From Ruminococcus sp. (lineage in GTDB: Bacteria; Bacillota; Clostridia; Oscillospirales; Ruminococcaceae), in assembly GCA_014799785.1 (NCBI GenBank), contig JAAVHI010000051.1, positions 9,535 through 73,534 of the forward strand: DNA of 64,000 nucleotides, read 5' to 3'. The notes under the pieces are model-generated. The model was not told the DNA's origin and searched no databases. It saw nothing but the letters and a program-made list of their open reading frames with translations. Both the position numbers and the translations under genes were made by a program. Below, in pieces: positions 1 to 9,729 of this stretch; the first letter of the stretch is position 1, and each line of letters opens with the position of its first letter.

Positions 1-687
1 TCCGTTGTTATACCGCCTCCCGAGGTCCGCGAGCCTGTTATCGTTCCAAAGGAAACGGAAAAACGCGCTCAGAAGCTGTACAACGCTTTGTACAAGCGGG
101 TGAACAAGGGTATTGACGAAAACGAGTTCAAGGAATGGTCGCAGTACCTGTCCAACATGAAGCGCAACCTTAAGATAGGCGAGGCTACCTTGAAGCAGTA
201 CGAGGAATTTCTCGATTATTCCGACAGACTTGCCAAGGAAGTCAAGCTTGCAAGCAAGAACAAGACAGTACACGCTCCTGTTGAGAAGCCCTTTGATATG
301 AGCAATTCTGGCGGTGCATCGGGCAATGAGGGCAGCGGTTCGGAAACGCCCGCGGAAACTGCCGAGGAAAAGAATATTTCCGAAGATGAATTTGTGGAAA
401 TAGCGCAATTGTCCGAGAAAATAGAGAAAAATTCCGCAAGAAACGTCGTTTCCGAGTCTCCTAAGGTACCTCAAGTGGAGGGAACGGTGGTGTCCTCGGA
501 TAACGTTAAGGTCAAGCCGTTTACGCCTCAGGCTTTCGATTCGGTATTCGACGCTATGCAGGCGGGAAGCGGCGATGGTGAGGACGGGGAGTCCCCCAAA
601 AAGAAGGAAAAGCCCGTGGAGATAAAAAAGCCCAAGTGGGAGCGCATAAGCCGTGAGGACGCTTTCAAGGACAAGGACGAGGAATAG
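1..687 (+). CDS. hypothetical protein, probably 5'-truncated by the window edge; E/K/S/G-rich low-complexity C-terminal half
   Basis: Frame 1 is open from base 1 into the listed ORF 88..687, with no upstream stop. No recognisable catalytic motif. Confidence 0.45.
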   Translation, partial: SVVIPPPEVREPVIVPKETEKRAQKLYNALYKRVNKGIDENEFKEWSQYLSNMKRNLKIGEATLKQYEEFLDYSDRLAKEVKLASKNKTVHAPVEKPFDMSNSGGASGNEGSGSETPAETAEEKNISEDEFVEIAQLSEKIEKNSARNVVSESPKVPQVEGTVVSSDNVKVKPFTPQAFDSVFDAMQAGSGDGEDGESPKKKEKPVEIKKPKWERISREDAFKDKDEE

Positions 688-720
688 CCGTCCGAACAAT
701 TAACCGAAAGGAGCTGCAAA

Positions 721-1371
721 ATGCTTTTCATAAACGAAGCCGCGGCGATAAGTGGTCTGGCTGATACCATAATCAAGGGCGGCGTGAGCCTTTACAACGC
801 CATGAAATACATTTACTCCATTGCCGAGGACGATTTCTACAACATAAACATCAAGGACGCGTTCAAGGTGGTGCTTAACAATATCACCGACACCGACTGT
901 TTGCAGGGGCTGGGTCTGCACATCGACAGCCGTACCTGCGCGGAAATGCAGAGCGAGGAGTACAACCACGTTCTTGCGCTTATGGTGTACTCGCTTGCGG
1001 TTCGGATACCTACGCTGAAAAACGTTAAGATAAACGACGAAAATATGACCGACGACCAGCTTTACCGTCTCTACAACGCGGTAATGGAAAAGGGCGCGGA
1101 GAACTACAAGGACATGATCGCGGAAACGTTTCTGGAAACCAAGTACCTTGTGAGAAAGGGCAAGAAGCTTCAGCCCTTTACTGCGGACTGGTACAAAACT
1201 TACATCTACACCTATGTTCCTGAGCTGGCGGAAATTACCAACAAGAATATGTTCCTGCTGGGCTTTGCGGACGTGCTGTTTGCAATGTTCTACTCCTGCC
1301 TTGAAGAGGAAATAAGAAACAAGATGACGGAGTACACCGCCGACAATCTTTCCGAAGTTGAGGGAAAATAA
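721..1371 (+). CDS. hypothetical protein (216 aa)
   Basis: ATG is preceded by AAAGGAG. Protein-like composition. No family recognised. Confidence 0.5.
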   Translation: MLFINEAAAISGLADTIIKGGVSLYNAMKYIYSIAEDDFYNINIKDAFKVVLNNITDTDCLQGLGLHIDSRTCAEMQSEEYNHVLALMVYSLAVRIPTLKNVKINDENMTDDQLYRLYNAVMEKGAENYKDMIAETFLETKYLVRKGKKLQPFTADWYKTYIYTYVPELAEITNKNMFLLGFADVLFAMFYSCLEEEIRNKMTEYTADNLSEVEGK

Positions 1372-1435
1372 ATTAAAAAATCAAAGATTTTTTAAAAGGA
1401 GGACGTATTTTCCCTGTCTGGGAAATGTTATAATT

Positions 1436-1930
1436 ATGAAAACTGTTTACTTGTGCGGCTTTATGGGCTGCGGAAAAACAACTGTGGGAAAGCTTCTGGC
1501 GCGGAAGCTGAACTGCGGATTTTTCGATATGGACGAATACATTACCGAAAAAGAGGGAATGGAAATACCGAAGATATTCGCGGAAAAGGGCGAGAAGTAT
1601 TTCCGTGAAGCGGAAACGGACGCGATACGTGAGCTTGCCGAAAAAAGCGGCGTGATAGCCTGCGGCGGCGGAGCGATGCTGAAAAAGGAAAACGCGGAGA
1701 TCGCTTCTGCGGCGGGAACTGTGGTTTATATCGACGTTCCTTTCGAGACCTGCTATTCCCGCATTTCTGGGGACAAAAACCGTCCTATCGTTATGAACAA
1801 CACCAAAGAGGAGCTTGAGATCATTTACGACGGAAGAGTTCCCGTGTACGGCGAAAACGCTTCTGTCACGGTAAGCGGGGACGGTTCTGCGGAGGAAATC
1901 GCTGATCGGATAATTGCGGCGGTTGAATAA
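1436..1930 (+). CDS. aroK: shikimate kinase
   Basis: Internal ATG gives MKTVYLCGFMGCGKTTVGKLLA (Walker A at the position typical of AroK), then DMDEYI and GGGA motifs. The upstream part of the ORF 1358.. is not protein-like. Confidence 0.85.
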   Translation: MKTVYLCGFMGCGKTTVGKLLARKLNCGFFDMDEYITEKEGMEIPKIFAEKGEKYFREAETDAIRELAEKSGVIACGGGAMLKKENAEIASAAGTVVYIDVPFETCYSRISGDKNRPIVMNNTKEELEIIYDGRVPVYGENASVTVSGDGSAEEIADRIIAAVE

Positions 1931-2004
1931 AAAATGGGCGGCAGAGGTAAAGGCTCAGCCTTTATGTGAGTAGTGATATAGAAGTTTTTCAAAATATCGT
2001 CATA

Positions 2005-2038
2005 CTAAACGGCTATGGATTTCTCCATAGCCGTTTAG
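2005..2038. terminator. bidirectional stem-loop between convergent aroK and the MORN gene
   Basis: Perfect 15-bp arms CTAAACGGCTATGGA / TCCATAGCCGTTTAG with a 4-nt loop. Confidence 0.55.
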
Positions 2039-2175
2039 TCTTTAGATAATTTTAATAATAATATCTTCCCGCTTTTCAGAATATCATGGATTTAAAACTG
2101 TGAGTTGAGTTTCCCCTTAAAACAGTCATGCATAGTACCGTTTTGCACGCCCGGTTTTATTGCGGCAGGTTTTGA

Positions 2176-3711
2176 TTAACTAAAAATACCTCTGTGATAG
2201 GACTCTGCTTCGCGTTCGAGCTTTTCAGCATCGTTCAGAAGATCGTTCCGCCTGTAACCGGATTCGCGCTCTGCCTGCTCCCGTTTGCTGCGGGCCTGAT
2301 CCAGAAGTTCATCGCGCTTCGCATTGCTTTCAAAGTAGTCCTCCGTTGATCTTATTCTGTATTCTCTTGAGCTTTCGATCATTCTTGTAACTCCTGCATC
2401 CTCACTGAAAATGGGGGCACTTGCCCATGAATATACCTTATATGCCGCATAGCCTCCCAGCATTATGCCGCCGATGATCAGCACTGTGTCCCACAAATCC
2501 TTATAGTTTGGAGCAAGCGATTCCCAGCCCTCGGTGGTGCCGTTATTTTCAGGTATGCCGTAGTCGATAACATTTCCGTCTTTATCGTAATTGCAGTATG
2601 AGCCCTCGCGCACGCAAGGCTCGCCCAGATAGGTCATATAGCCCGAAGCGTTGCTGTCCTTGCGGTATCTGACCTCCTGAAAGCCGTAGCTGCCGTCGTC
2701 AAAATAATAATCCGTTCTTCTGTAGCCTGTTCTGTAGGCTCCGTCATCACAAAGCTGATAGCTGTTGACCTCGTCCAGATTCATTGTAACGACAGTGACC
2801 TTGTTTGTACCGTCGGTAAAGGTCTGATAGTCGCTGGAAACAAAATCGCCAACTCCCTGACCGTCCTGTATGCAGCCGTCCTCTCTGTAGCTTCTTGTGT
2901 CAAAGCTTTGCCGCTCTGTGTAATATCCCTCGATATGCCCGTCCTTCCATTTGCCGAGTTTGCTGAGGAACACAGGTCCGATCGCTATATCGTTATATAT
3001 TGTGCTTGTCTCATAGTAGCCGTAGCCGTTGGGAATGCCGTTTTCATCTGTCTGCCCGAAATATTTGCCATTGTTCGGAAATTTACTGTTTGATTGCGAT
3101 TCCAGATGCGCCGAGTACAATTCGTCATATTCCGCCTGTGACTCAGCCTCCCTCTCCAACATTTCCTGATAATCTTTTTCGTCCTCCGAATAGCTTATCC
3201 ACGGAACGTCCGCGCCATCTTCAAGATAATTTACGAACCCGCCGTTGCATATGCCGCCAAGCTCGATAAGCTTGCCTTTTTCGTCTGTTGCGAAATACAT
3301 CAGAGTGGTTTCGTCTCCGAAATCGCCGTCCACCTCAATGAGATACGGGTCGCCGTCCACGCCCATGAGCATCTGACCGTCGCCCGACGGGAAATTACTT
3401 GCGCACTCGCCCTTATAGTGCTTCCATACTCCGTCGTCGTAAATTTTTCTTATCTCGCCTTGTCCGTACAGTACGCCGTGTACCCATTCTCCCTTGTAAT
3501 ACTCGTCGTCGCTTATGATAAACTCGCCGTAGCCCTCGGGACGGTCGCCTTTCCAGTCGCCTGTATATTTACCTTTAGCGCCGTCCACACTATAGGTTTT
3601 GTCCGTCACCTGCGTAACGGAAGCGTTTGAATATTTACCCTGGCATGACGTCAGCGTGGTCAGCGTGACAGCAGCGGCAAGGATAAAAGCAGTTGTTTTT
3701 AAAAGTTTCAT
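2176..3711 (-). CDS. MORN-repeat lipoprotein with a C-terminal TM helix and a charged coiled-coil tail
   Basis: Lipobox LTSC after a signal peptide. Repeated YxGxWxxGxxxGxG units (YTGDWKGDRPEGYGEF, YKGEWVHGVLYGQGE). TM segment LIIGGIMLGGYAAYKVY, followed by an R/E/K-rich tail. Confidence 0.7.
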   Translation of the reverse strand: MKLLKTTAFILAAAVTLTTLTSCQGKYSNASVTQVTDKTYSVDGAKGKYTGDWKGDRPEGYGEFIISDDEYYKGEWVHGVLYGQGEIRKIYDDGVWKHYKGECASNFPSGDGQMLMGVDGDPYLIEVDGDFGDETTLMYFATDEKGKLIELGGICNGGFVNYLEDGADVPWISYSEDEKDYQEMLEREAESQAEYDELYSAHLESQSNSKFPNNGKYFGQTDENGIPNGYGYYETSTIYNDIAIGPVFLSKLGKWKDGHIEGYYTERQSFDTRSYREDGCIQDGQGVGDFVSSDYQTFTDGTNKVTVVTMNLDEVNSYQLCDDGAYRTGYRRTDYYFDDGSYGFQEVRYRKDSNASGYMTYLGEPCVREGSYCNYDKDGNVIDYGIPENNGTTEGWESLAPNYKDLWDTVLIIGGIMLGGYAAYKVYSWASAPIFSEDAGVTRMIESSREYRIRSTEDYFESNAKRDELLDQARSKREQAERESGYRRNDLLNDAEKLEREAESYHRGIFS

Positions 3712-3730
3712 GTTTATACCTCCTTAATTT

Positions 3731-4981
3731 TTAGCCAACATCGTATCCGGTCTGAAGCCACTGATTTGCCTTTGCATCAGAGGGGAGCGCAGCATCTCCG
3801 TGAATGCAGTATCTCGATGGTCCGAACGGAATAAAATCTTCGCAAACATCACTCTTTGTACGTTTTGTCGTATCAACGGTATTGACATCATATTTATTTG
3901 TTTGGGTTGTATCAATTTCAATCCAATGATTGTTTATATATACGGCATTCCATACATGATTTAATTTTGTTGAACCAATTGTAATAGCAGGAATATCGTG
4001 AGCACGGCACATGATGAGAAGAATGTGAGCAAAATCAAAGCAATTTCCTGCTTTGAGGTTGTATACGCTGTATTTGCCTGAATAATCTCCATAATAGCGA
4101 GCACGAGAATAATCAAGTATATCAACTCTGTAGTGATCAAATGCAATGTTTTCGTTTATCCATTCATAGAATACGAACAGCTTGTGTTCTTTAGACCAGT
4201 TCTCTTCAACGAGAGTGTTGGACAGGTTTATCCAGCGCTGAGTATCACATCTCCATGTGCTGTTCAAAGTGCCGTCCGGGAACGGATAAAAAGGATAGTA
4301 AATACCGTCGGTATCAAGGCTGTTCTTAGTCGTTACTTTGCCGTTCTTTATAACTTTTGCAAGGCTTGTGCGTTCAGCTTTGTATTCCTTAGCCTTGTCA
4401 GCCGTCATGAGCTGCATATTGCAGAGCCATGTTTCTTTACCGTTGACATAGACGTATATCCAAGCGTTTTTTTTACCTGTGAAGCTGACGGTTATGCGGT
4501 AAAGACCGTTCAGAATATTCGAAGTCTTTATTGACTTGTATTCGTAGTCAACGTTCAGTGTTTCAGTTTTGCCGTTATTCTTGTCTAAATTTTTCATGCT
4601 TGCGGACTTAACAGAAGCAGGCTTTTTGGAATGATCGTAGGCTTTTATCATGATAGTCTGTCCGTCCATATAGGCAGTAATGCCGTAGTTTGCTTCAATG
4701 TCAACGAGTCTGCCGTCAGAATCGTATCCTGAAGACATGACCGTATTGAAGTTGTAGAGATATGGCGTAAGCTTGCTGTTTGTTCCTGCAACTTCTTTTA
4801 TAGCAGTTGTGTAAGCAACATAGCTGTCATTGTCTATAGCAATAACAGGAAGATTTTTTACCGCCGCGCTTGCCGTTATCTCCGCAAAGGGAACTACTCT
4901 GACACCGCCGTTAGCGCCTGTTCCCGCGGCAGTCAGAGATAACAAAAATACCAGTAAAAATGATACGAGCCTTTTTTTCAT
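3731..4981 (-). CDS. secreted transglutaminase-like (Cys-His-Asp core) protein
   Basis: Signal peptide MKKRLVSFLLVFLLSLTAAG. Core GNCFDFAHILLIMCRAHDIPA...NHVWNAVYINNHWIEIDTT matches the transglutaminase-core C/H/D arrangement. Confidence 0.7.
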   Translation of the reverse strand: MKKRLVSFLLVFLLSLTAAGTGANGGVRVVPFAEITASAAVKNLPVIAIDNDSYVAYTTAIKEVAGTNSKLTPYLYNFNTVMSSGYDSDGRLVDIEANYGITAYMDGQTIMIKAYDHSKKPASVKSASMKNLDKNNGKTETLNVDYEYKSIKTSNILNGLYRITVSFTGKKNAWIYVYVNGKETWLCNMQLMTADKAKEYKAERTSLAKVIKNGKVTTKNSLDTDGIYYPFYPFPDGTLNSTWRCDTQRWINLSNTLVEENWSKEHKLFVFYEWINENIAFDHYRVDILDYSRARYYGDYSGKYSVYNLKAGNCFDFAHILLIMCRAHDIPAITIGSTKLNHVWNAVYINNHWIEIDTTQTNKYDVNTVDTTKRTKSDVCEDFIPFGPSRYCIHGDAALPSDAKANQWLQTGYDVG

Positions 4982-5013
4982 TGTCCGATTTTCCTTTCTG
5001 ACAGGAGGCCTGC

Positions 5014-5838
5014 TTACTCGGCGTTTCTGTCGTAAAATTCGGGAGCAACAATATCAAACACGTCGCCCCAGAAGCCGTCGCCGGCGATGCCCTTGATACC
5101 GTCGTATAAAGCGTCATTAAACGCCTTGTCGCTGTCGCTTACATAGCTGCCATCTCTTATTCTGCCCTCTTCAACGATCTGATTGTTTTTATAGAACGCA
5201 TATCTGTACGGCTCAACAAAGTTGCCGTCTTTTACTTGTCCTGTATATACAACGCAGTCTGCCTTTGTGTTTTCAGCAGTAAAGTACTTCGTTAATTCTC
5301 CCTCGCCGTTCTTTTGAAAGTTTGAAAAATCTCCTTTATATACAGTACAGTAATAACCAAGCTTTGCGGCATCTTCATCAGTATAATAAGTGGTATATTC
5401 TCCGTATCCGTCGTAGCAGCCGTTTTTCCAGTCACCCGAATATACTGAAATAGGATTGCCGTTCAAATCATCTAACCTGAGCTCTCCTTTTCCCTGATAT
5501 ACTCCGAAAAATAACTCTCCGTTATATGTGTATACACATGTATCATATTGGGTTATCCACCGGCATTGTCCGTTAGGCATACCGTTTGACCAGCTTCCGA
5601 CTATCTTCTCACTGCCTGCCGCGTCTTCAAAGCTTCCTTCGCCGTTGGGCAGATTGTTTTCCCAGCCGCCGGTATAGGTACCCGACAGCTCATCTCCAGA
5701 TGCTGCAACAAATGTATAATCGTGTACCGCCGATTCCGCCTCTGCGGCAGTTCCGTTTACCTGCTGACTGTCCCCGTTGCAGGCCGTCATTGCTGCAGCC
5801 ATTGCTGCGGCTGCGATGATTGCTAAAAATTTTTTCAT
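5014..5838 (-). CDS. MORN-repeat lipoprotein
   Basis: Internal ATG at 5838 gives MKKFLAIIAAAAMAAAMTACNG (lipobox) after a GAGAAAGG RBS. Repeated YTGGWENNLPNGEG / YSGDWKNGCYDGYGE units. Confidence 0.7.
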   Translation of the reverse strand: MKKFLAIIAAAAMAAAMTACNGDSQQVNGTAAEAESAVHDYTFVAASGDELSGTYTGGWENNLPNGEGSFEDAAGSEKIVGSWSNGMPNGQCRWITQYDTCVYTYNGELFFGVYQGKGELRLDDLNGNPISVYSGDWKNGCYDGYGEYTTYYTDEDAAKLGYYCTVYKGDFSNFQKNGEGELTKYFTAENTKADCVVYTGQVKDGNFVEPYRYAFYKNNQIVEEGRIRDGSYVSDSDKAFNDALYDGIKGIAGDGFWGDVFDIVAPEFYDRNAE

Positions 5839-5991
5839 TTTGCATTTTCCTTTCTCAGTGCTTTTGGCATAATGTGGTACGACAAAAGTCGCTACAAAAA
5901 TCATTATATCACATAAAAAAAGCCTTTTGGTATACAAATTTGTATGACAAAAGGCAACTTTGTTACTTCTTACGAATATTCCATTTATGGA

Positions 5992-6021
5992 TTGACAAAG
6001 CTCAATATTTTATGGTATACT
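5992..6021 (+). promoter_or_regulatory. candidate sigma-A promoter for the kinase gene
   Basis: TTGACA, 18-nt spacer, then TGgTATACT (extended -10), about 70 nt upstream of the ATG at 6094. Confidence 0.45.
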
Positions 6022-6093
6022 TTTCAATAAATGCAGCCGCTGTCCCCGTGTTTGACTTGGCGGCATAATTATAAAACAAAAAGAGGTAAAACA

Positions 6094-8475
6094 ATGATAA
6101 GGATCAACGGCAGGACTGTCTGCGAAAACTGCTTTGAAAAAACAGAATCATCTAAATGTCCCTGCTGCGGCTACGACACGGAAAACAGTGCATACGATCC
6201 TACAATGCTTGCGCCGGGAAGTATTCTTTTCAAAAAGTATATTGTCGGCGGCATTATCGGCAAAGGCGGATTTGGTATCACATATCTTGCTTACGATACT
6301 AAAACAAATAAAAAGGTTGCCATAAAGGAATATTTTCCGTACAGTATCGCTCACCGCTCTGCGGGAAGTACCGTTGTGTCCGTTCCATCCGAGGGAAATA
6401 AAGAAACCTTTGAGCTTGGCGCGGAAAAATTCTACGAGGAAGCGCAGCTCATTTCAAAATTTAACGGCAACTCCAATATTGTGGAGGTCTACGAATTTTT
6501 CCACGAAAACGACACGGTGTATCTTGCAATGGAGTATCTGCATGGCTGCACTCTTAAAGAATATATACGCGACCACGGAGTGATAAGCGCGCCTCAGGCT
6601 CTGTATATTGCAAACGGCGTATCGAATGCTCTTGCGGAGGCGCACGGCGCGTCTGTTCTGCACAGGGACATTTCGCCCGACAATATAGTCCTTTGCAGCA
6701 GCGGGGACGTTAAGCTGATAGATTTCGGAGCGGCAAGACAGGTAATTGCCGAATATTCACAAAGCTTTTCGGTTATCCTGAAGCACGGCTTTGCTCCGAT
6801 TGAGCAATATAACTCAAAGGGAAATCAGGGTCCATGGACGGATATTTATTCGCTGGGCGCAACGCTGTATTTTGCGCTTACGGGTGATATTCCGGAGGAC
6901 CCCATGATACGCTTTGACAATGACGATACTTTCAGGGAAAATCAGTTCGGGATAGAACCCGGTCTATGGGCTGTTATTTCCAAAGCGACAAGCATGAAAG
7001 CGGAAAACAGATACAGGAACGCTCACGAAATGCAGGCGGACTTGAACAAGATAGAATTAAAGCCCGAGCCTATAGCTGTTTCCGCAAAGAAGTCAGGCGA
7101 AAATAAATCAGCTAAAAACACAGCTTCGCAAACTTACAAGCAGAACATAAGCTTTTCGGCGGAACAGAACAACAAGAGCTTTTTCGGCAGGCATAAGTCC
7201 GTGATAATTGCGGCGTGCGCGCTGGTCGCTGTTTCGGCAGCGGTCATAATACCGCTCTCCCTGAACAGGGACGACCCCAATGACGCCATAAGCGCTTATG
7301 CTCCGGGAGCCGACGGCTCAGACGTTTCGGAAAATACCGAAGCTTCGTCCTCACAGCCTGCCGAAGAAAGCGGCTCCGATACGGGGTATGTACCGCAGTA
7401 TTCCGCGCCTTCCATTCATGACTATAAATCAAAGGTGCTCTACAACACTCTTGATGATGACGAAAAAGAGCTTTTCGATATAATGTACAGCAACCTGGAA
7501 AAAGCTGAGATAAACTTCTATATCCCCGCCAGTAAATATAGTAAGGAATATACGGAAAAAATATACGACAAAATTAGGTTCGATAATCCGCAGCTTTGCT
7601 ATGTAAACAGCATCAAATACCGATATATTGATAACAACCATAATGCGGTATGTGACCCTGATGAATATGTTACCGATATCCTGCCTCAATACGATGCTGT
7701 CGATGATTCTACAACGGAATATCAATTGTTCATAGAAATGACGTCATCCTACGACCCTGAGGTCAGTCAAGCGGATAATTTTGCTCTGATCCACGATAAA
7801 ATGTCTCTTTACGCAACACTTGTTGAAAGGGATTCTTACCCGTACACGTACAGCACCGCATACGGCTTTCTTGATGCCTGGCTCGCCGATGATATCGCCT
7901 GTGCCCAGACATTCTGCTATGCCGCGCAGGCATTGGATTTTCCAAGCTATGTTGTTTCGGGAACAGTCAACGGAGAGCCACGCGCATGGTGCAGAATAAA
8001 GCTTGACGGAACATGGTATAACGTGGATCTTTACGCTGACATGACCATAAGCTCAGCCATTACGGAGCTTGAAGTGAACAATGGCAAGCACCGCCGCTTC
8101 CGCACTTTTTTCCTTGTAAACGATGATTACATAAGAAAATACGGATACGTTCCCGATGAGGACTATGCGTTTATCTTCGATGAAGAATATGCGGCAAATT
8201 CGCCCGAAAGCAACTACTATCTTCAGCGGGACGGACAAAACGCTTTTTATATAGACCCCGACAGCGCATATGATTTTCTCCTTGAAGAGTCGGCAAAGAA
8301 TTATAACGAGGGGACTGATAAAACCTCCTGCTATGTAATGCCTTTGGAAGCGGAAGGACTGTACAAAAGGCTGGACGGACAATTTCTTTCCGATCTTGAA
8401 GAAAAACACGGGATAACACCCTCCGAGTTTGAGATAAAATATTACCCCGATGAATTTGTTATCGTCATGTCGTAA
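6094..8475 (+). CDS. Hanks-type Ser/Thr protein kinase with N-terminal zinc ribbon, one TM helix and a large extracellular domain
   Basis: CENCF...CPCCG zinc ribbon. GKGGFGITY glycine loop with VAIKEY. HRDISPDN catalytic loop. DFGAAR. TM segment VIIAACALVAVSAAVIIPLSL. Ectodomain about 400 aa. RBS AAGAGG lies before the ATG at 6094. Confidence 0.85.
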   Translation: MIRINGRTVCENCFEKTESSKCPCCGYDTENSAYDPTMLAPGSILFKKYIVGGIIGKGGFGITYLAYDTKTNKKVAIKEYFPYSIAHRSAGSTVVSVPSEGNKETFELGAEKFYEEAQLISKFNGNSNIVEVYEFFHENDTVYLAMEYLHGCTLKEYIRDHGVISAPQALYIANGVSNALAEAHGASVLHRDISPDNIVLCSSGDVKLIDFGAARQVIAEYSQSFSVILKHGFAPIEQYNSKGNQGPWTDIYSLGATLYFALTGDIPEDPMIRFDNDDTFRENQFGIEPGLWAVISKATSMKAENRYRNAHEMQADLNKIELKPEPIAVSAKKSGENKSAKNTASQTYKQNISFSAEQNNKSFFGRHKSVIIAACALVAVSAAVIIPLSLNRDDPNDAISAYAPGADGSDVSENTEASSSQPAEESGSDTGYVPQYSAPSIHDYKSKVLYNTLDDDEKELFDIMYSNLEKAEINFYIPASKYSKEYTEKIYDKIRFDNPQLCYVNSIKYRYIDNNHNAVCDPDEYVTDILPQYDAVDDSTTEYQLFIEMTSSYDPEVSQADNFALIHDKMSLYATLVERDSYPYTYSTAYGFLDAWLADDIACAQTFCYAAQALDFPSYVVSGTVNGEPRAWCRIKLDGTWYNVDLYADMTISSAITELEVNNGKHRRFRTFFLVNDDYIRKYGYVPDEDYAFIFDEEYAANSPESNYYLQRDGQNAFYIDPDSAYDFLLEESAKNYNEGTDKTSCYVMPLEAEGLYKRLDGQFLSDLEEKHGITPSEFEIKYYPDEFVIVMS

Positions 8476-8547
8476 TGATACCGCAAAAAAGAAAAAGACC
8501 TACTCCTATACGTTTCGGAGAGGTCTTTTATTGTTGGCGATTTATTG

Positions 8548-8943
8548 TCACAGCGCGCCGTCCCAGATAAAATCTACCGCATCAAAATACTCCATACGAT
8601 GCTTCACCGCGTAAAAAACCTTTGCGTCAACGACATTTCGGACGTACAGAGGAGCTTTTCCTGCCAGACGAAGCAGGTAGTCTATCTGCTCCACGTCCAG
8701 ACCAAGCATTATCGAAATCTGTATCAGGCAGTTCCGCGTGGGCGTGCGCGTCCCGTTGAGGATCAGATAACCGTAATTGCGGTCGATATTCAGCTTTCGG
8801 ATAACGTTAGCCTTAGTCATTTTTTTATCGGATATATATTTGTTTATCAGAACATGAAGCTCCGGCGGAGCATTATCCATGATCATTTCTTCGTTGAAAG
8901 CATTAAGTCTGTTTAATTTTTCTTCAATATCCTTTGTCAGCAC
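8548..8943 (-). CDS. helix-turn-helix DNA-binding protein (XRE-like)
   Basis: GTG start 8 nt after AGGAGG. HTH-like KMTKANVIRKLNIDRNYGYLILNG. Confidence 0.55.
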   Translation of the reverse strand: MLTKDIEEKLNRLNAFNEEMIMDNAPPELHVLINKYISDKKMTKANVIRKLNIDRNYGYLILNGTRTPTRNCLIQISIMLGLDVEQIDYLLRLAGKAPLYVRNVVDAKVFYAVKHRMEYFDAVDFIWDGAL

Positions 8944-9252
8944 CCAAATTCCTCCTGTTTACTATAAATAAAAGTACATATCCATTTTTGAATATTATAC
9001 CATATAATAGTGAAAAAAACAAGATATATCATAAAAATACTGTGCAGCATCAGCGGCGTCCTTTTGAAATTGTACTGCTTCGCTGCAAAAAAAATAGTGT
9101 CAAATTTAAAAATCAAACTGAATTCAGTATATGTAACCGCTAAGCTTTTTTCGTGCCTGATACCTTTATCTGCCGCTTTTTTATTTTTTTCCGAAATTTG
9201 TGTAACGTTTCACACTTTAAAAAGTTTAATATACAGAAAGGAGGTGAACGGC

Positions 9253-9729
9253 TTGGAGCTTGACGAGACCTACAAAAAATATGCGGACACGGTTTTTCGG
9301 TATCTTACAGCGCTGTGCGGGAATCCCGATCTTGCCGAAGAGCTTACCCAGGAAACATTTTTCCGTGCGGTAAAGTCCGCGAACCGCTTTGACGGAAAGG
9401 TCAAGGTCACGACTTGGCTTTGTCAGATCGCGAAAAACGCGTATTTTTCCCATCTGAAAAAGGAAAAGCGTCGGCACGGCGTCAGCATTGACGACATGGA
9501 GATACCCGTGGAAAAGGATATGCTGGACAGGGAAAACTGCCGCGAGCTTTACAAGACCGTTCACCGCCTTGACGAGCCGTACAGGGAGATAGTACTGCTG
9601 CGTATGCACACCGATATGAATTTTGCCGAGATAGGAGAGATTTTCGGCAAGTCCGAGGGCTGGGCAAGGGTGACTTTCTACCGCGGCAAGGAAAAGCTGA
9701 AAAATCTTTTGGAGGAGGAGAAAACATGA
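9253..9729 (+). CDS. ECF-type RNA polymerase sigma-70 family factor
   Basis: Region 2 (ADTVFRYLTALCGNPDLAEELTQETFFRA...TWLCQIAKN) and region 4 (REIVLLRMHTDMNFAEIGEIFGKSEGWARVTFYRGKEKL). TTG start 8 nt after AAAGGAGG. The listed 9010 start adds a non-protein-like extension. Confidence 0.75.
   Translation: MELDETYKKYADTVFRYLTALCGNPDLAEELTQETFFRAVKSANRFDGKVKVTTWLCQIAKNAYFSHLKKEKRRHGVSIDDMEIPVEKDMLDRENCRELYKTVHRLDEPYREIVLLRMHTDMNFAEIGEIFGKSEGWARVTFYRGKEKLKNLLEEEKT

Noticed and set aside
9010-9252. N-terminal, TM-like extension of the sigma factor ORF
   Set aside because: The sequence is AT-rich and non-protein-like. A strong AAAGGAGG RBS sits just before the TTG at 9253, where sigma region 2 homology begins.
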